DNA of 64,000 nt from Candidatus Omnitrophota bacterium (GCA_013203315.1 JABMQJ010000001.1:1-64000); one strand, 5' to 3'; shown: positions 19,871 to 29,257, counted from the stretch's first letter. Notes: generated by a model from the letters alone, not told the origin. Numbers and translations: made by a program.

Positions 19871-20301
19871 TTCTTTTTAATGCTTTCCTGAACTTTACCG
19901 ATTAACTTAACTACACCCGCGATAATTGCCTCCGGCTTGGGTGGGCAACCCGGTATGTACGCGTCTACCGGAATAATCTTATCCAAAGGCTCGGGGCAGT
20001 TATAACTATGAATAAACATGCCCCTTGACATGGAGCATTCTCCTATGGCAACTACAAGACACGGTTTTGGAACCTGTTCATATAGCCTTTTTAATCTTTC
20101 GACTGATTTGCGGTTACATGAACCCGTAATCAAAAGAACGTCTGCGTGCTTTATGCTCCCCGCCAGAAGTATGCCGAACCTTTCGATATCAAATCTTGGT
20201 GTAAGACAATCCAGAATTTCTATGTCACAGTTGTTGCAGCTTCCCGTTGAAAGGTGAAACACCCAGGGAGATTTCAGCAATGCTTTAAGTTTTAAGCTCA
20301 T
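19867..20301 (-). CDS. Group 4 hydrogenase small subunit (NuoB-like)
   Basis: GSCNNCDIE, HADVLLITG, AIGEC, IPGCPPKPE. Confidence 0.94.
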   Translation of the reverse strand: MSLKLKALLKSPWVFHLSTGSCNNCDIEILDCLTPRFDIERFGILLAGSIKHADVLLITGSCNRKSVERLKRLYEQVPKPCLVVAIGECSMSRGMFIHSYNCPEPLDKIIPVDAYIPGCPPKPEAIIAGVVKLIGKVQESIKKK

Positions 20302-20302
20302 A

Positions 20303-21226
20303 TTATAAACCCTTGAAAGCTAAAATAACAGCCACAATCGCAATTATAGTCATCGGGCCCCAGAAAAATCTGACGGCCTGGTCAATTCTTACGCGCGGAT
20401 TAGTGTTTCTTATCACCGTGATAAGCGCCACTAAACCAACATATCTTAAGACACTGTATAAAAGTTGGATACCTTTTAATCGGAACCCACCCATGAATAA
20501 AATCATCACGAAGAAAGGAAGCGTAAATAAAAGCATGTTTTTCATGAGCTTGTAAACAGCAAGCCCTGAGCCGGAATATTCGATTAGGGCTCCGCCTGCA
20601 AGCTCTGTTTCCGCTTCCGGAACATCGAAAGGAACAAGCGCTAACTTGGCCTGCACGCACATTATGACAACGATTAAAGCCAAAGCACCGGACCAGCTTC
20701 CTACAATAGCGCCGTTTACGGCCTGAAACGCAATAATATCCCCTAACCTTATGGAAAACCCGGAATGTATAACAGGAACAAATACCGCGAGCACGAACGG
20801 AAGTTCATAACCCAAGACGAGCTTCATTTCTCGAGATGCTCCTATGCTTGCAAGTGGGTTTGCCGACGCAAAGCCACCCATTATGATGCTTATCGAAGGA
20901 ATCGTCAAAAGATACACAGCGACAATTAAGTCTCCTATAAAAGTGTTGCTTGTATTAATATTGTTTAACCATAAAAGCGTTGATACCAGTATTACGCCAC
21001 CTAATCCTACAAGTGGCGCTAGTAAAAAAGCGGTTTTCGATGCCCCTTTCGGAACAAGCGTTTCTTTTCCGAGAAGTTTTACAATATCTATGAGAGGTTG
21101 TAAGATCGGCGGCCCTACACGATACTGCACGCGGGCGGTAACCTTTCTGTCTATCCAGCTTGCCACAAGGCCGACAACAGCTGTTAACAAGAAACCGTAA
21201 ACTATAAGGTAAACAACATAAATCAT
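20303..21226 (-). CDS. NuoH-like membrane subunit
   Basis: DRKVTARVQYRVGPP, PFDVPEAETEL, EYSG. Confidence 0.93.
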   Translation of the reverse strand: MIYVVYLIVYGFLLTAVVGLVASWIDRKVTARVQYRVGPPILQPLIDIVKLLGKETLVPKGASKTAFLLAPLVGLGGVILVSTLLWLNNINTSNTFIGDLIVAVYLLTIPSISIIMGGFASANPLASIGASREMKLVLGYELPFVLAVFVPVIHSGFSIRLGDIIAFQAVNGAIVGSWSGALALIVVIMCVQAKLALVPFDVPEAETELAGGALIEYSGSGLAVYKLMKNMLLFTLPFFVMILFMGGFRLKGIQLLYSVLRYVGLVALITVIRNTNPRVRIDQAVRFFWGPMTIIAIVAVILAFKGL

Positions 21227-21780
21227 GCTTTTTCCCGCTGCCAGTGCGTTGAGTGCACTATAAGATTATCTCCGACTAAAAAATTATTTTCATCCAGTTT
21301 AGTGTCGCTGTCTTTTAAGCTGAGCGCGCCGTAAGAACAGCTTTTTATACAAAGCGGTTCATTTTTCTTGTTTTGCCTATCCAGGCAAAAATCGCAATTG
21401 CGAATGAGTAAAGGAACAAGTTCCGGATAAATAGTGCCGTAAGGACAGGCGTGTGAGCAGGATTTACAGCTAACGCAACGCAGGTTATGCCTTTCCAGCA
21501 ATTTATCCTTTTCCTTCTGTTGCTCGAGCGCTTCAAACGGGCACGCATTTACGCAATGCGGCTCATCGCATCTTCGACAGACAAGCGCGTATGTTGCCAG
21601 TTCCGCTACCGATAAAATTCCGTTATTGTCAGGATGATAGAAGAAGCTGCACTTAATGTCGCATTTTTTGCATTCACCCGCGGCGCAAATATCGAGATCA
21701 ATAAATAATCTCTTATCCTTGCCATTTGTCGGGCTAGCGTTTAATTTTCTGTGATGTATTTGTTCTGCGCTTGTGCTCAT
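21223..21780 (-). CDS. Multi-[4Fe-4S] electron-transfer protein (HycB/DmsB-like)
   Basis: CRRCDEPHCVNACP, CVSCKSCSHACP, CDFC...PLCIKSC. Confidence 0.88.
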   Translation of the reverse strand: MSTSAEQIHHRKLNASPTNGKDKRLFIDLDICAAGECKKCDIKCSFFYHPDNNGILSVAELATYALVCRRCDEPHCVNACPFEALEQQKEKDKLLERHNLRCVSCKSCSHACPYGTIYPELVPLLIRNCDFCLDRQNKKNEPLCIKSCSYGALSLKDSDTKLDENNFLVGDNLIVHSTHWQREKA

Positions 21781-21784
21781 AAAT

Positions 21785-22609
21785 TTATGCCCAAATCTCG
21801 TGGAAATTCTTTATTTTATCGTATGTAAAAACAGGGCCGTCCTTGCACGCGTAATATGTGCCAATCCTGCAATGACCGCATTTACCGATACCGCAGGACA
21901 TGTTCTTCTCCATTGAAAGATAAATATTTTCGTCTTTGAAGCCCAGGCTAAGTAGTTTCTGAGTAGAGAATTTCATTGCGATAGGCGGGCCGCACACAAC
22001 CGCGATGCCTTGCGAAAAGTCCATGTCTATCCCGTCCAGTATTGTCGTAACAACACCGACATTCCCGTCCCAGCCTTCCTCGCCCTTATCAACGGTAAGT
22101 TTTATATTTATATCTTTTTTTGCGATCCAACCGTCTATTTCTTTTTTATATAAAAATTCTGAGGGGGTCTTGCAGCCACCTCTGTAAAATACCTTCTTGA
22201 AGTCGCCTAACCTTGAAAAAACTTCATATACCAAACTTCGTATCGGCGCCAGGCCACATCCGCCTCCGACAATCAATAGTTCCTTGCCCTTAAAGTGATC
22301 CATCGGATAACCGTTGCCGAATGGCCCTCTTACCCCTATCGTGTCGCCGACTTTAAGCTCGTGCACCTTCTCGGTAACCTTGCCTACCTTCATTACCGTT
22401 ACTTCCATGGTATCCTTAACGTCGGGCCTTGAAGACGGCGTAAAAGGCGCTTCTCCCAATCCGGGGATAGTTATTTCCACGAACTGGCCCGTTTCGAAAG
22501 ATATGGGTTCGACCGGCTTAAACTTTATGGTTTTTATGGTAGGGGTTTCAGTCCTAACCTCTAAAACCTTTGCTTCAATGGGCCTGTATGGATTTTCGTT
22601 ATGATGCAT
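21785..22609 (-). CDS. FAD/NAD(P)-binding [2Fe-2S] subunit (HydG/AsrB/PyrK family)
   Basis: GQF, GEAPF, RGPFGNG, GGGCGLAP, CGPP, MSCGIGKCGHC...CKDGPVF. Confidence 0.92.
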   Translation of the reverse strand: MHHNENPYRPIEAKVLEVRTETPTIKTIKFKPVEPISFETGQFVEITIPGLGEAPFTPSSRPDVKDTMEVTVMKVGKVTEKVHELKVGDTIGVRGPFGNGYPMDHFKGKELLIVGGGCGLAPIRSLVYEVFSRLGDFKKVFYRGGCKTPSEFLYKKEIDGWIAKKDINIKLTVDKGEEGWDGNVGVVTTILDGIDMDFSQGIAVVCGPPIAMKFSTQKLLSLGFKDENIYLSMEKNMSCGIGKCGHCRIGTYYACKDGPVFTYDKIKNFHEIWA

Positions 22610-23627
22610 TTCCCACCAGTCTCTTAAGCACTTTTCTTATATCTATTTTTGCAGGACACGCTGATATGCAGCGGCCGCATCCGGTGCAGGCATAGGTTTC
22701 CGCTACATTAGGGAAATAGTCGAACTTTTTCTCGAATCTGTTTCTAAGTCTTTGCTGAAGCTTCGCGCGCGGGTTAGCGCCGCCGGCGACCCTTGCAAAA
22801 TCTTTTATCATGCACGAGTCCCACATGCGCAAACGCTCCATCTTGCCTTTGTCTTTCTGGTCATAAAGCAAAAAGCAGTGGCATGTCGGGCAAATAGTGT
22901 TACACGCCCCGCATTCCACGCAGGCTTTCGCTTCATCTTCCCAGATATCAGATTCAAACTTCTTCTCTACCATACCTTTATATAGGTCCTGATGCGGTAC
23001 GTCATTTTCTTTTACGTTATTTTCTACCTCTTTTACCACCCTATCCCTGCGTTCCGCTACGTCTTCATCGATACCGGATCTGGCTTCCTGGAATAGTGAG
23101 GCGTGTTTCTTCGTAAGCGCGCGGCCCTTCTCGGACCCGGCTTCAGCGACAAACCCACCCCTTGTTTCGGAAAGATTAATATCAAAATTTTCTTGCGGAT
23201 GCGGTTTTATTCCAAGAGCCGTGCAAAAGCACGTCTCTATGGCCAAGGTACAGTCTGAGGTTATTATAAGATTTTGTTCGCGATTTTTAATATAGAAGGG
23301 ATCTTTGTAATCGTGGTTTTTAAATACGTGGTCCTGGATTTTAAAGCCTTTCAGGTCACAAGCCTTTACCCCTACAATCGCGAAGGGTTTACGATCCGCG
23401 CCCGGCACGTCCGGCTTAAAGCCTTTGGCGACTACCTCACGCGCGAAACTGAAGAAAGCCTTCAGCGGCTCAAATGCCCTTACCTCGCCGATTGTGATGT
23501 CATCTGTGGGGCGTTCATATTTTTTATAAAAACGCTGTTTGCCCTTTTTAACCGGCACATAAACGTCGTAGTCGGCCCTCAGGGCATCCAGTAGTTTAAA
23601 AAGATTCGCTTTTGAAATAAATTGCAT
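22599..23627 (-). CDS. Fe-S subunit (HydB/AsrA family)
   Basis: GVKACD, CFC, CVECGACNTICPTCHCF, RMWDSC, CTGCGRCISACP. Confidence 0.92.
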   Translation of the reverse strand: MQFISKANLFKLLDALRADYDVYVPVKKGKQRFYKKYERPTDDITIGEVRAFEPLKAFFSFAREVVAKGFKPDVPGADRKPFAIVGVKACDLKGFKIQDHVFKNHDYKDPFYIKNREQNLIITSDCTLAIETCFCTALGIKPHPQENFDINLSETRGGFVAEAGSEKGRALTKKHASLFQEARSGIDEDVAERRDRVVKEVENNVKENDVPHQDLYKGMVEKKFESDIWEDEAKACVECGACNTICPTCHCFLLYDQKDKGKMERLRMWDSCMIKDFARVAGGANPRAKLQQRLRNRFEKKFDYFPNVAETYACTGCGRCISACPAKIDIRKVLKRLVGNAS

Positions 23628-23629
23628 AA

Positions 23630-24259
23630 TTATCTTTTATTGGCCAAAAAATAAGAGAGCGTTTCAAGCTCTCTTGATAAATCGACGTCTTTTACTTTAA
23701 CTTTTTCCGGCATAGAAAGTGATGTTGGGGCAAAATTTAAAATGCACGAAACGCCGGCTGCTACAAGTTTTTCCGCCGCATCCTGGGCGCTCTCGGACGG
23801 AACAGCCACGACACCTATCGAAATCTTTTTTTCTTTTATAATTTTCGGCATATCCTCGATGGAATCTATCATCACGCCGCTTATTTTCTTCCCTATTTTT
23901 TTGGTGTCCGCATCAAATGCCGCTACAACGCTTAGTTTGTGCTGCTTGAATCCGGGATAAGCCAAAAGTGCCGAACCTAGTTGTCCTGTTCCCACAACCG
24001 CGACGTTCCAGGTTTTATCTTTACCGAGGATTCTCTCAAGCGCAACCTTAAGTTCGCCCGTGTCGTACCCGGAACCGCTTACGCCGAACTGTCCGAACTG
24101 CCCGAGGTCTTTTCTCACCTTTGCGTCGGTCAGGTTTGTCCTCTCGCCTAGCTCAGCGGATGATATCGTGCGGATATTCATGCGAACAAGCGCTGTAATT
24201 TCTCTTAAGTATATAAAGAGCCGGGAGATCGTTCCTTCTGATATCTTCTTTGTACTCAT
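23630..24259 (-). CDS. rex: Redox-sensing repressor Rex
   Basis: RLFIY, ISSAEL, VRKDL..FG.FG..G.GY, VGTGQLG.AL, ILNFAP; start moved to ATG 24259 (MSTKKIS) because the longer start lies inside the promoter. Confidence 0.95.
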   Translation of the reverse strand: MSTKKISEGTISRLFIYLREITALVRMNIRTISSAELGERTNLTDAKVRKDLGQFGQFGVSGSGYDTGELKVALERILGKDKTWNVAVVGTGQLGSALLAYPGFKQHKLSVVAAFDADTKKIGKKISGVMIDSIEDMPKIIKEKKISIGVVAVPSESAQDAAEKLVAAGVSCILNFAPTSLSMPEKVKVKDVDLSRELETLSYFLANKR

Positions 24260-24298
24260 TTTCACAGACTTTGTACCATTTTTCACAGAATAAGTCAA
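24250..24298 (-). promoter_or_regulatory. Sigma70 promoter overlapped by two tandem Rex boxes
   Basis: TTGACT-N17-TACAAA on minus; boxes TTGTACTCATTTTCACAG (24250-24267) and TTGTACCATTTTTCACAG (24271-24288) resemble Rex consensus TTGTGAAnnnnTTCACAA. Confidence 0.8.
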
Positions 24299-24325
24299 GG
24301 GAAATATATGAAAATTATTACAGGT

Positions 24326-24955
24326 TTATTTAAAAATGAATCCCGTGGCGTTAGACCAGAATAAAAGGTCCAGTTCCCCGAGGGGTATCTTTATTTTCTT
24401 AGCGAACTCCCTCATTCTGTTTTCGGTTTCAATGTAGGTTTTTCTGTTAAGTGAAGCCGGTATTTTCTCAATTACACCGAGCCTTTTTAAGTTCCTGAGA
24501 ATGTGGACGTCCAGTATCGCTATGTCCCTACCAAGACCAATGTTCCTAAGGAAGTGACTTGATTCTTTATAGCCCAGTCCTTTAATATTTTTAACGAGCC
24601 ACTCTCTTGTTTTAAGTACGTCGTTCCGGTCGAGTTTTTTATTAACCTCGAACTTTTTATTGTTTTTAAAAATTCTTCTTGCAGCGATGAGATAGTCGGC
24701 TTTTTTATTGTGAAATCTCGCGAGCCCCTTCAGCTTACACCTTATCCGCCGGGCAGTGCCCCCGGAAAGTAAATCTTCTTTTTTTAATTCTTTTACGGCC
24801 TTGTCGCAGGAAACCGCTTTAGATTGCGGGGTCAGTATGCAAAAGCAAAGTTCCGTAAAAAGGTCCTCATCTTTTTTATAAGGGCTTTCAAATTCTTTTA
24901 GTCTTTTTTTTATATTTGATCTTTTTTTGCGGTAGGCTGAAATAAGGCTCTTCAT
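24326..24955 (-). CDS. ogg: 8-oxoguanine DNA glycosylase/AP lyase (Ogg2 type)
   Basis: ELCFCILT, RFHNKKA, LVKNIKGLGYKESSHFLRNIG, AILDVHILR. Confidence 0.92.
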   Translation of the reverse strand: MKSLISAYRKKRSNIKKRLKEFESPYKKDEDLFTELCFCILTPQSKAVSCDKAVKELKKEDLLSGGTARRIRCKLKGLARFHNKKADYLIAARRIFKNNKKFEVNKKLDRNDVLKTREWLVKNIKGLGYKESSHFLRNIGLGRDIAILDVHILRNLKRLGVIEKIPASLNRKTYIETENRMREFAKKIKIPLGELDLLFWSNATGFIFK

Positions 24956-24961
24956 TTATTA

Positions 24962-25150
24962 CTAGGAAACCATTTCTATCAGTCTTTTTGCTACTTTTAT
25001 GTGGGCAATTTCGTCGTTTCGAATGGAAATCAATTTTTCTTTTATTTTTTCGTCACTGATTTGCTCTATATAATGGTCGTAAAAATGTTTTGCCCTTTCT
25101 TCGAGGGTCAATATGTTTTGAAACTCTTTTTTAAGCATCTTAGTATTCAT
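24962..25150 (-). CDS. Half-size ferritin-like protein
   Basis: LEERAKHFY...DEIAH motif; start at 25150 overlaps the upstream gene's stop. Confidence 0.75.
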   Translation of the reverse strand: MNTKMLKKEFQNILTLEERAKHFYDHYIEQISDEKIKEKLISIRNDEIAHIKVAKRLIEMVS

Positions 25151-25382
25151 TTTTTGTACCCTTCGAAACCTCTTCAATCATGTTGTCCACCATCTCTTTA
25201 TGCTTTGAGGAGTCGCGATAAAGATAGGAAAGCATTTTTGTCATCTCTTCTTTTCTGTCCTTTTCTATCTCGCCCGCATGCTTTAAAATCGCTTTAGAAA
25301 AGTTGGCAAACAGGGTTACCATGCCCTCTTCGACATCAATGAGTTCGTTAAGCGCCGCGAGTAGTTTTTCCTTTGTAATCAT
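25140..25382 (-). CDS. Half-size ferritin-like protein (degenerate ligands)
   Basis: LIDVEE...DSSKH helix pair; tightly coupled in operon. Confidence 0.65.
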   Translation of the reverse strand: MITKEKLLAALNELIDVEEGMVTLFANFSKAILKHAGEIEKDRKEEMTKMLSYLYRDSSKHKEMVDNMIEEVSKGTKNEY

Positions 25383-25384
25383 GT

Positions 25385-26287
25385 TTATTTTTTGCGCGAC
25401 AGAAAACTAAAGGCGTTTAAAAGCGCCTTGGACCCTTCTCCCGCCGCTATAATTATTTGTTTTGCCGGTATGTCGGTAACGTCTCCGGCAGCAAAGATGC
25501 CGGTAACGTTTGTCTCGTTAGAAGAATTTATCTTGATCTCGCCTTTTTCATTCTTATCCAGCTCTTTGGCAAAGTCGGAATTCGGCATGAGCCCGATTTC
25601 TACAAAAATACCCTGCAGGGTAAGCGTTTTTTCTTTCGCTTTCTCTTTTATCTTTATGCCGGTAACCATTTTATCACCAATGACTTCGGTCACACGGGTA
25701 TCGTTTAAGATAGTCACGTTTTCGGCTCCTTCAACCTTGTCCTGCATGATTTTATCCCCGGTAAGCTCCGGGGTAATGTTTATAAGGTGAACGTGCTTCG
25801 CTATTTTCATAAGTTGAAGGGTTGCGTCTAGGCCGGCATTCCCGCCGCCTATGACCGCTACGTCCTTTCCCGCAAAAATGGGCCCGTCGCATGTGGCACA
25901 ATACGTAACCCCTTTGTTCTTGAACTCTTTTTCTCCGGGAACACCAAGTTCTTTTGAATGCTTACCTGAGGCTACTATCGCGGTTTTAGTTTCATACACG
26001 TCTTTATTGGTTTTAATTGAAATCAGAGCGCCCTTCTTTTTTAGCTCCAAAACACCTTCTTCTTTTAAGGGGACCTTGTATTTTTTCATGTGCTCTTCAA
26101 ATTTCGATACCAGATTAGCACCCGTAATGAATTGATAGCCTGTAAAATTTTCTATGTCACCGCTCCAGGCGGTCTGTCCCCCGATATCCTTGGAAATAAC
26201 CAAAAAATTAATTCTCTTGCGGGCCGCGTATACGCTTGCAGTTATGCCTGCGGGTCCTGCTCCTATTATTATGAGATCATACACCAT
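25385..26287 (-). CDS. trxB: Thioredoxin reductase / AhpF-like flavoprotein
   Basis: GAGPAG, GGQ, CATCDG, GGGN, FAAGDVT. Confidence 0.9.
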   Translation of the reverse strand: MVYDLIIIGAGPAGITASVYAARKRINFLVISKDIGGQTAWSGDIENFTGYQFITGANLVSKFEEHMKKYKVPLKEEGVLELKKKGALISIKTNKDVYETKTAIVASGKHSKELGVPGEKEFKNKGVTYCATCDGPIFAGKDVAVIGGGNAGLDATLQLMKIAKHVHLINITPELTGDKIMQDKVEGAENVTILNDTRVTEVIGDKMVTGIKIKEKAKEKTLTLQGIFVEIGLMPNSDFAKELDKNEKGEIKINSSNETNVTGIFAAGDVTDIPAKQIIIAAGEGSKALLNAFSFLSRKK

Positions 26288-26296
26288 GTTGCCTCT

Positions 26297-27466
26297 CTAA
26301 AATATCTTATTAGCTATAAATCCAAGCACAATTACCTGCGGCACGGTTATAACAGGGAGCCAGATGGCTACGCGCCTTCCCACGTTGTGCCATAAAAGGC
26401 CTATTTCGGTATAATCCGTAACTACGCCCCCCATTAGAAAAACAAAGCTATTGCCGAGAGCGCCGGTTTGCCTGAATATCTCGAATGCCATGGGCGCTGA
26501 GCCTTCGGAGCATACCTCTATAATAGTGGCTATTCCAAGCGTTATAAAAAGCCCGAGCACTGTCGGGCCCATATAATCATGGAAAAAGTTTGGCGGAATG
26601 TACGCCCCGGCTAAACTTGCCAGGCCCATACCTATAAGTACCCACCATAGCACCATGTTTGCCAGGGTAATTGTCCCGGCATATATACCCTTCGCGTCAG
26701 CTTTAAGTGAGTCAGCAGAAAATTTATATTCCTTGAACCTTTTACGGATATCGGCCAGTACGGAAAAATCGTCTTCTGTTTCGATTATATTTTTGTTCTT
26801 TTCGATAAGGTTTTTCTTTTCAAGAACCTGGAAAATAAGCCCTGTCACTATCGCAATTAAAAATGCGGAAAATATTATATACAGGGCTTTTAAACCGAAA
26901 AAACCTAGAAGCATTATTGTAAGCGTGAGATTGGACCATGGGCTTGCCAGCAAAAATGCCACAACCCCGGGATTGGATGCGCCCTTTTTGTGTAGCTCGA
27001 TGGAAAGCGCTAAAATTCCGTGCGAGCACGCACTCATAAAAAACCCAAGGATAACCGAATAAAAAATAGTGCGCTTTCTTGGTTTTGCCAGTATGTGGGA
27101 AATATACTCCCGCGGAACGTAATAATCTAATAATCCGCCTAAAAATAAGCCGAGTATGATCGCCCACCAGATGGTTTTAAGATAGCTAAAAAGAGACAGC
27201 CTGAAAGCCGTAAGAAAAGGTATAACATAAGATAGAAGGGCAAGCCCTGTTAAAACCGCGGCAACGATAATTGTTTTATTCTTATAAAAAGGGACGGTTG
27301 GCGCGGCAAGGCAGGCTGCCTGAATTACGTTTTTGGGGGTTTTGTTCTGTCCGGCGAATTTCTCAAGGCAAGTCTTGCTGCAGAAAAAATAAGTTTTTCT
27401 GTTTTGCGTCAGTTTAAGGCCGGTCTTTTCGTTAACCGACATCCCGCATATCGGATCCTTCGTCAT
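26297..27466 (-). CDS. YHS-domain-fused permease (DUF318/ArsP-like)
   Basis: DPICGM...YFFCS..C YHS domain; ACSHG and VCSEG motifs; many TM helices. Confidence 0.85.
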   Translation of the reverse strand: MTKDPICGMSVNEKTGLKLTQNRKTYFFCSKTCLEKFAGQNKTPKNVIQAACLAAPTVPFYKNKTIIVAAVLTGLALLSYVIPFLTAFRLSLFSYLKTIWWAIILGLFLGGLLDYYVPREYISHILAKPRKRTIFYSVILGFFMSACSHGILALSIELHKKGASNPGVVAFLLASPWSNLTLTIMLLGFFGLKALYIIFSAFLIAIVTGLIFQVLEKKNLIEKNKNIIETEDDFSVLADIRKRFKEYKFSADSLKADAKGIYAGTITLANMVLWWVLIGMGLASLAGAYIPPNFFHDYMGPTVLGLFITLGIATIIEVCSEGSAPMAFEIFRQTGALGNSFVFLMGGVVTDYTEIGLLWHNVGRRVAIWLPVITVPQVIVLGFIANKIF

Positions 27467-27468
27467 GA

Positions 27469-27714
27469 TTATATACCCAGGCTCTCCTTGATGGCGTCTT
27501 TGTCAAAGCCGGTAATGATTTTACCGTCGATTTCCAGAACGGGCACGCCCATCTGGCCCGATTTATCAACCATCTCCTGCGCCTTCTCGGGATTTGTCGC
27601 AACATCGATATTCTCAAACTCTATATTGTTATCTTTCAAAAACTGCTTTGCTTTTATGCAATACGGACATGTAGGCGTGGAATAAACTTTAACATTTTTT
27701 GCCATAAGTGTCAC
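27469..27714 (-). CDS. Glutaredoxin-like (NrdH/YruB) protein
   Basis: YSTPTCPYC, SGQMGVPV, GFD. Confidence 0.93.
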   Translation of the reverse strand: MTLMAKNVKVYSTPTCPYCIKAKQFLKDNNIEFENIDVATNPEKAQEMVDKSGQMGVPVLEIDGKIITGFDKDAIKESLGI

Positions 27715-27722
27715 CCCTTTAA

Positions 27723-28202
27723 TTAATCTAAAACCGCTTTAAGCTCGACTAATTGCCTCAAATGATCCTTTTCCTCATTAATAACCACATCAATCATCTT
27801 ATTGTCTTCCCCGGGCACGAGTTTCTTCATGCCTTCATAAAAGAGAATGGAGAATTTTTCGGCATTAATACCCAAATCAAGCGCTTCTTTCTCATTTTTT
27901 ACATTTTTCGCGGTTTCTTTTCCCTTGTTTTTTTGAGCAAACACCTTGCCCTCGGCCAACGCGCGTATGTACGCGAAATATTCTTCCGGATAGGCCCCTT
28001 CCGGCGCATCCGTCTTCACCGAATCCAGCATCTTCTGAAAGGTCTCGCGATGTTTTTCCTCTTCATCCGTTAGATGCCTAAAAATATCTTTCGCTTTTTC
28101 GTTTTTAGACTGCTTCGCCAAAATGTCATAAAAATCTTTTCCGTTTATTTCTATCTGGACCGCCAGTTCCAACACTTCGCTTATGGCAAATGTATCAGCC
28201 AT
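27723..28202 (-). CDS. Rubrerythrin/ferritin-like diiron protein
   Basis: E..G..FY, EEEKH, E...FY, EEKDH. Confidence 0.88.
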   Translation of the reverse strand: MADTFAISEVLELAVQIEINGKDFYDILAKQSKNEKAKDIFRHLTDEEEKHRETFQKMLDSVKTDAPEGAYPEEYFAYIRALAEGKVFAQKNKGKETAKNVKNEKEALDLGINAEKFSILFYEGMKKLVPGEDNKMIDVVINEEKDHLRQLVELKAVLD

Positions 28203-28642
28203 TATAGTTCAACCTCCTTAATCCACGCCCCGTGCACAGTACAAAATTCTATAGCGGCTAATTTTCCGCTGTTTGCTTTAAGGTGCAAAGCTGCTGCGGG
28301 ATTAAGTTTTTCAGGGGTTAAATGAACCCTTGCGATAAATTCCTTATCAAGATAAAAATCGATATGATTAATGTAGTGTTGCGGCTGCATGGGATGGAGG
28401 ATCTGCCCCATCTTTACATGCGCGTCTACGCAACCTTCCGGTATCAAGCCGCATTTCCTTAAAACAGTAATAACCGGCACGTGCTTTTTATCGCCTTCTG
28501 TTAAATTCTTTGGATCAGCCGGTGTATTTATAGCGTCTTTTTCCTGAAATGATGCTTTCGGCGCCCCGCATACAGGACAGTTATCAGGCGCACTTCCGTT
28601 TATCGCAATATAACCACAAACCTTGCATACATAACCTTTCAT
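28202..28642 (-). CDS. Superoxide reductase with N-terminal rubredoxin-like domain
   Basis: CKVCGY...CPVCGA; KHVP, HPMQPQHYI, CTVHG. Confidence 0.9.
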   Translation of the reverse strand: MKGYVCKVCGYIAINGSAPDNCPVCGAPKASFQEKDAINTPADPKNLTEGDKKHVPVITVLRKCGLIPEGCVDAHVKMGQILHPMQPQHYINHIDFYLDKEFIARVHLTPEKLNPAAALHLKANSGKLAAIEFCTVHGAWIKEVEL

Positions 28643-28654
28643 AAATCACCCCGC

Positions 28655-29245
28655 TTAGTAGTTCTCACACACAACTTCGTAATAGCTCTGAGGATGCTCG
28701 CACGCGGGACATACGTCCGGCGCGGCTTTTCCCTCATGCAAGTATCCGCAGTTACGGCATTTCCATTTAACAACAGCGTCCTTTTTGAACACCTTACCGT
28801 CTTTTATGTTCTTCAAAAGTTTTCTGTATCTTTTTTCGTGTTGCTCTTCAACTTCAGCGATCTCTTTGAACTGATCGGCTACGTCTTCGAAGCCTTCTTT
28901 TCGTGCTGTTTCTGCGGCTTCTTTGTAGAGCTTTGTCCATTCCATGTTTTCTCCGGCTGCGGAAGCTTCCAGGTTCTTGGCTGTATCGTTAATTATGCCT
29001 GCCGGGTAGGAGGCTTGAATCTCCACGTCCCCGCCTTCAAGGAGTTTAAAGAACCTTTTTGCGTGTTCTTTTTCATTGTCGGCCGTTTCCAGAAAGATCG
29101 CGGCTATCTGCTCATATCCGGCCTTCTTTGCTACGCTTGCAAAATACGTGTAGCGGTTTCTTGCCTGTGACTCCCCTGCAAAAGAAGCCAGTAGATTGTG
29201 TTCGGTTTTAGTGCCCTTGATAGACTTTGTCCTCGTTTTCTGCAT
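28655..29245 (-). CDS. rbr: Rubrerythrin
   Basis: FAGESQARNRY, EKEHA, EEQHE, WKCRNCGY...CPAC. Confidence 0.96.
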   Translation of the reverse strand: MQKTRTKSIKGTKTEHNLLASFAGESQARNRYTYFASVAKKAGYEQIAAIFLETADNEKEHAKRFFKLLEGGDVEIQASYPAGIINDTAKNLEASAAGENMEWTKLYKEAAETARKEGFEDVADQFKEIAEVEEQHEKRYRKLLKNIKDGKVFKKDAVVKWKCRNCGYLHEGKAAPDVCPACEHPQSYYEVVCENY

Positions 29246-29257
29246 ATTTCACCCCTT

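Noticed and set aside
11911-21226. Respiratory complex I or Mbx/MBS
   Set aside because: The large subunit keeps both CxxC NiFe motifs and a cleavable tail, and hyp/hycI genes follow.
21785-23627. Anaerobic sulfite reductase AsrABC
   Set aside because: No siroheme AsrC subunit in the window; the genes are coupled to hydrogenase genes.
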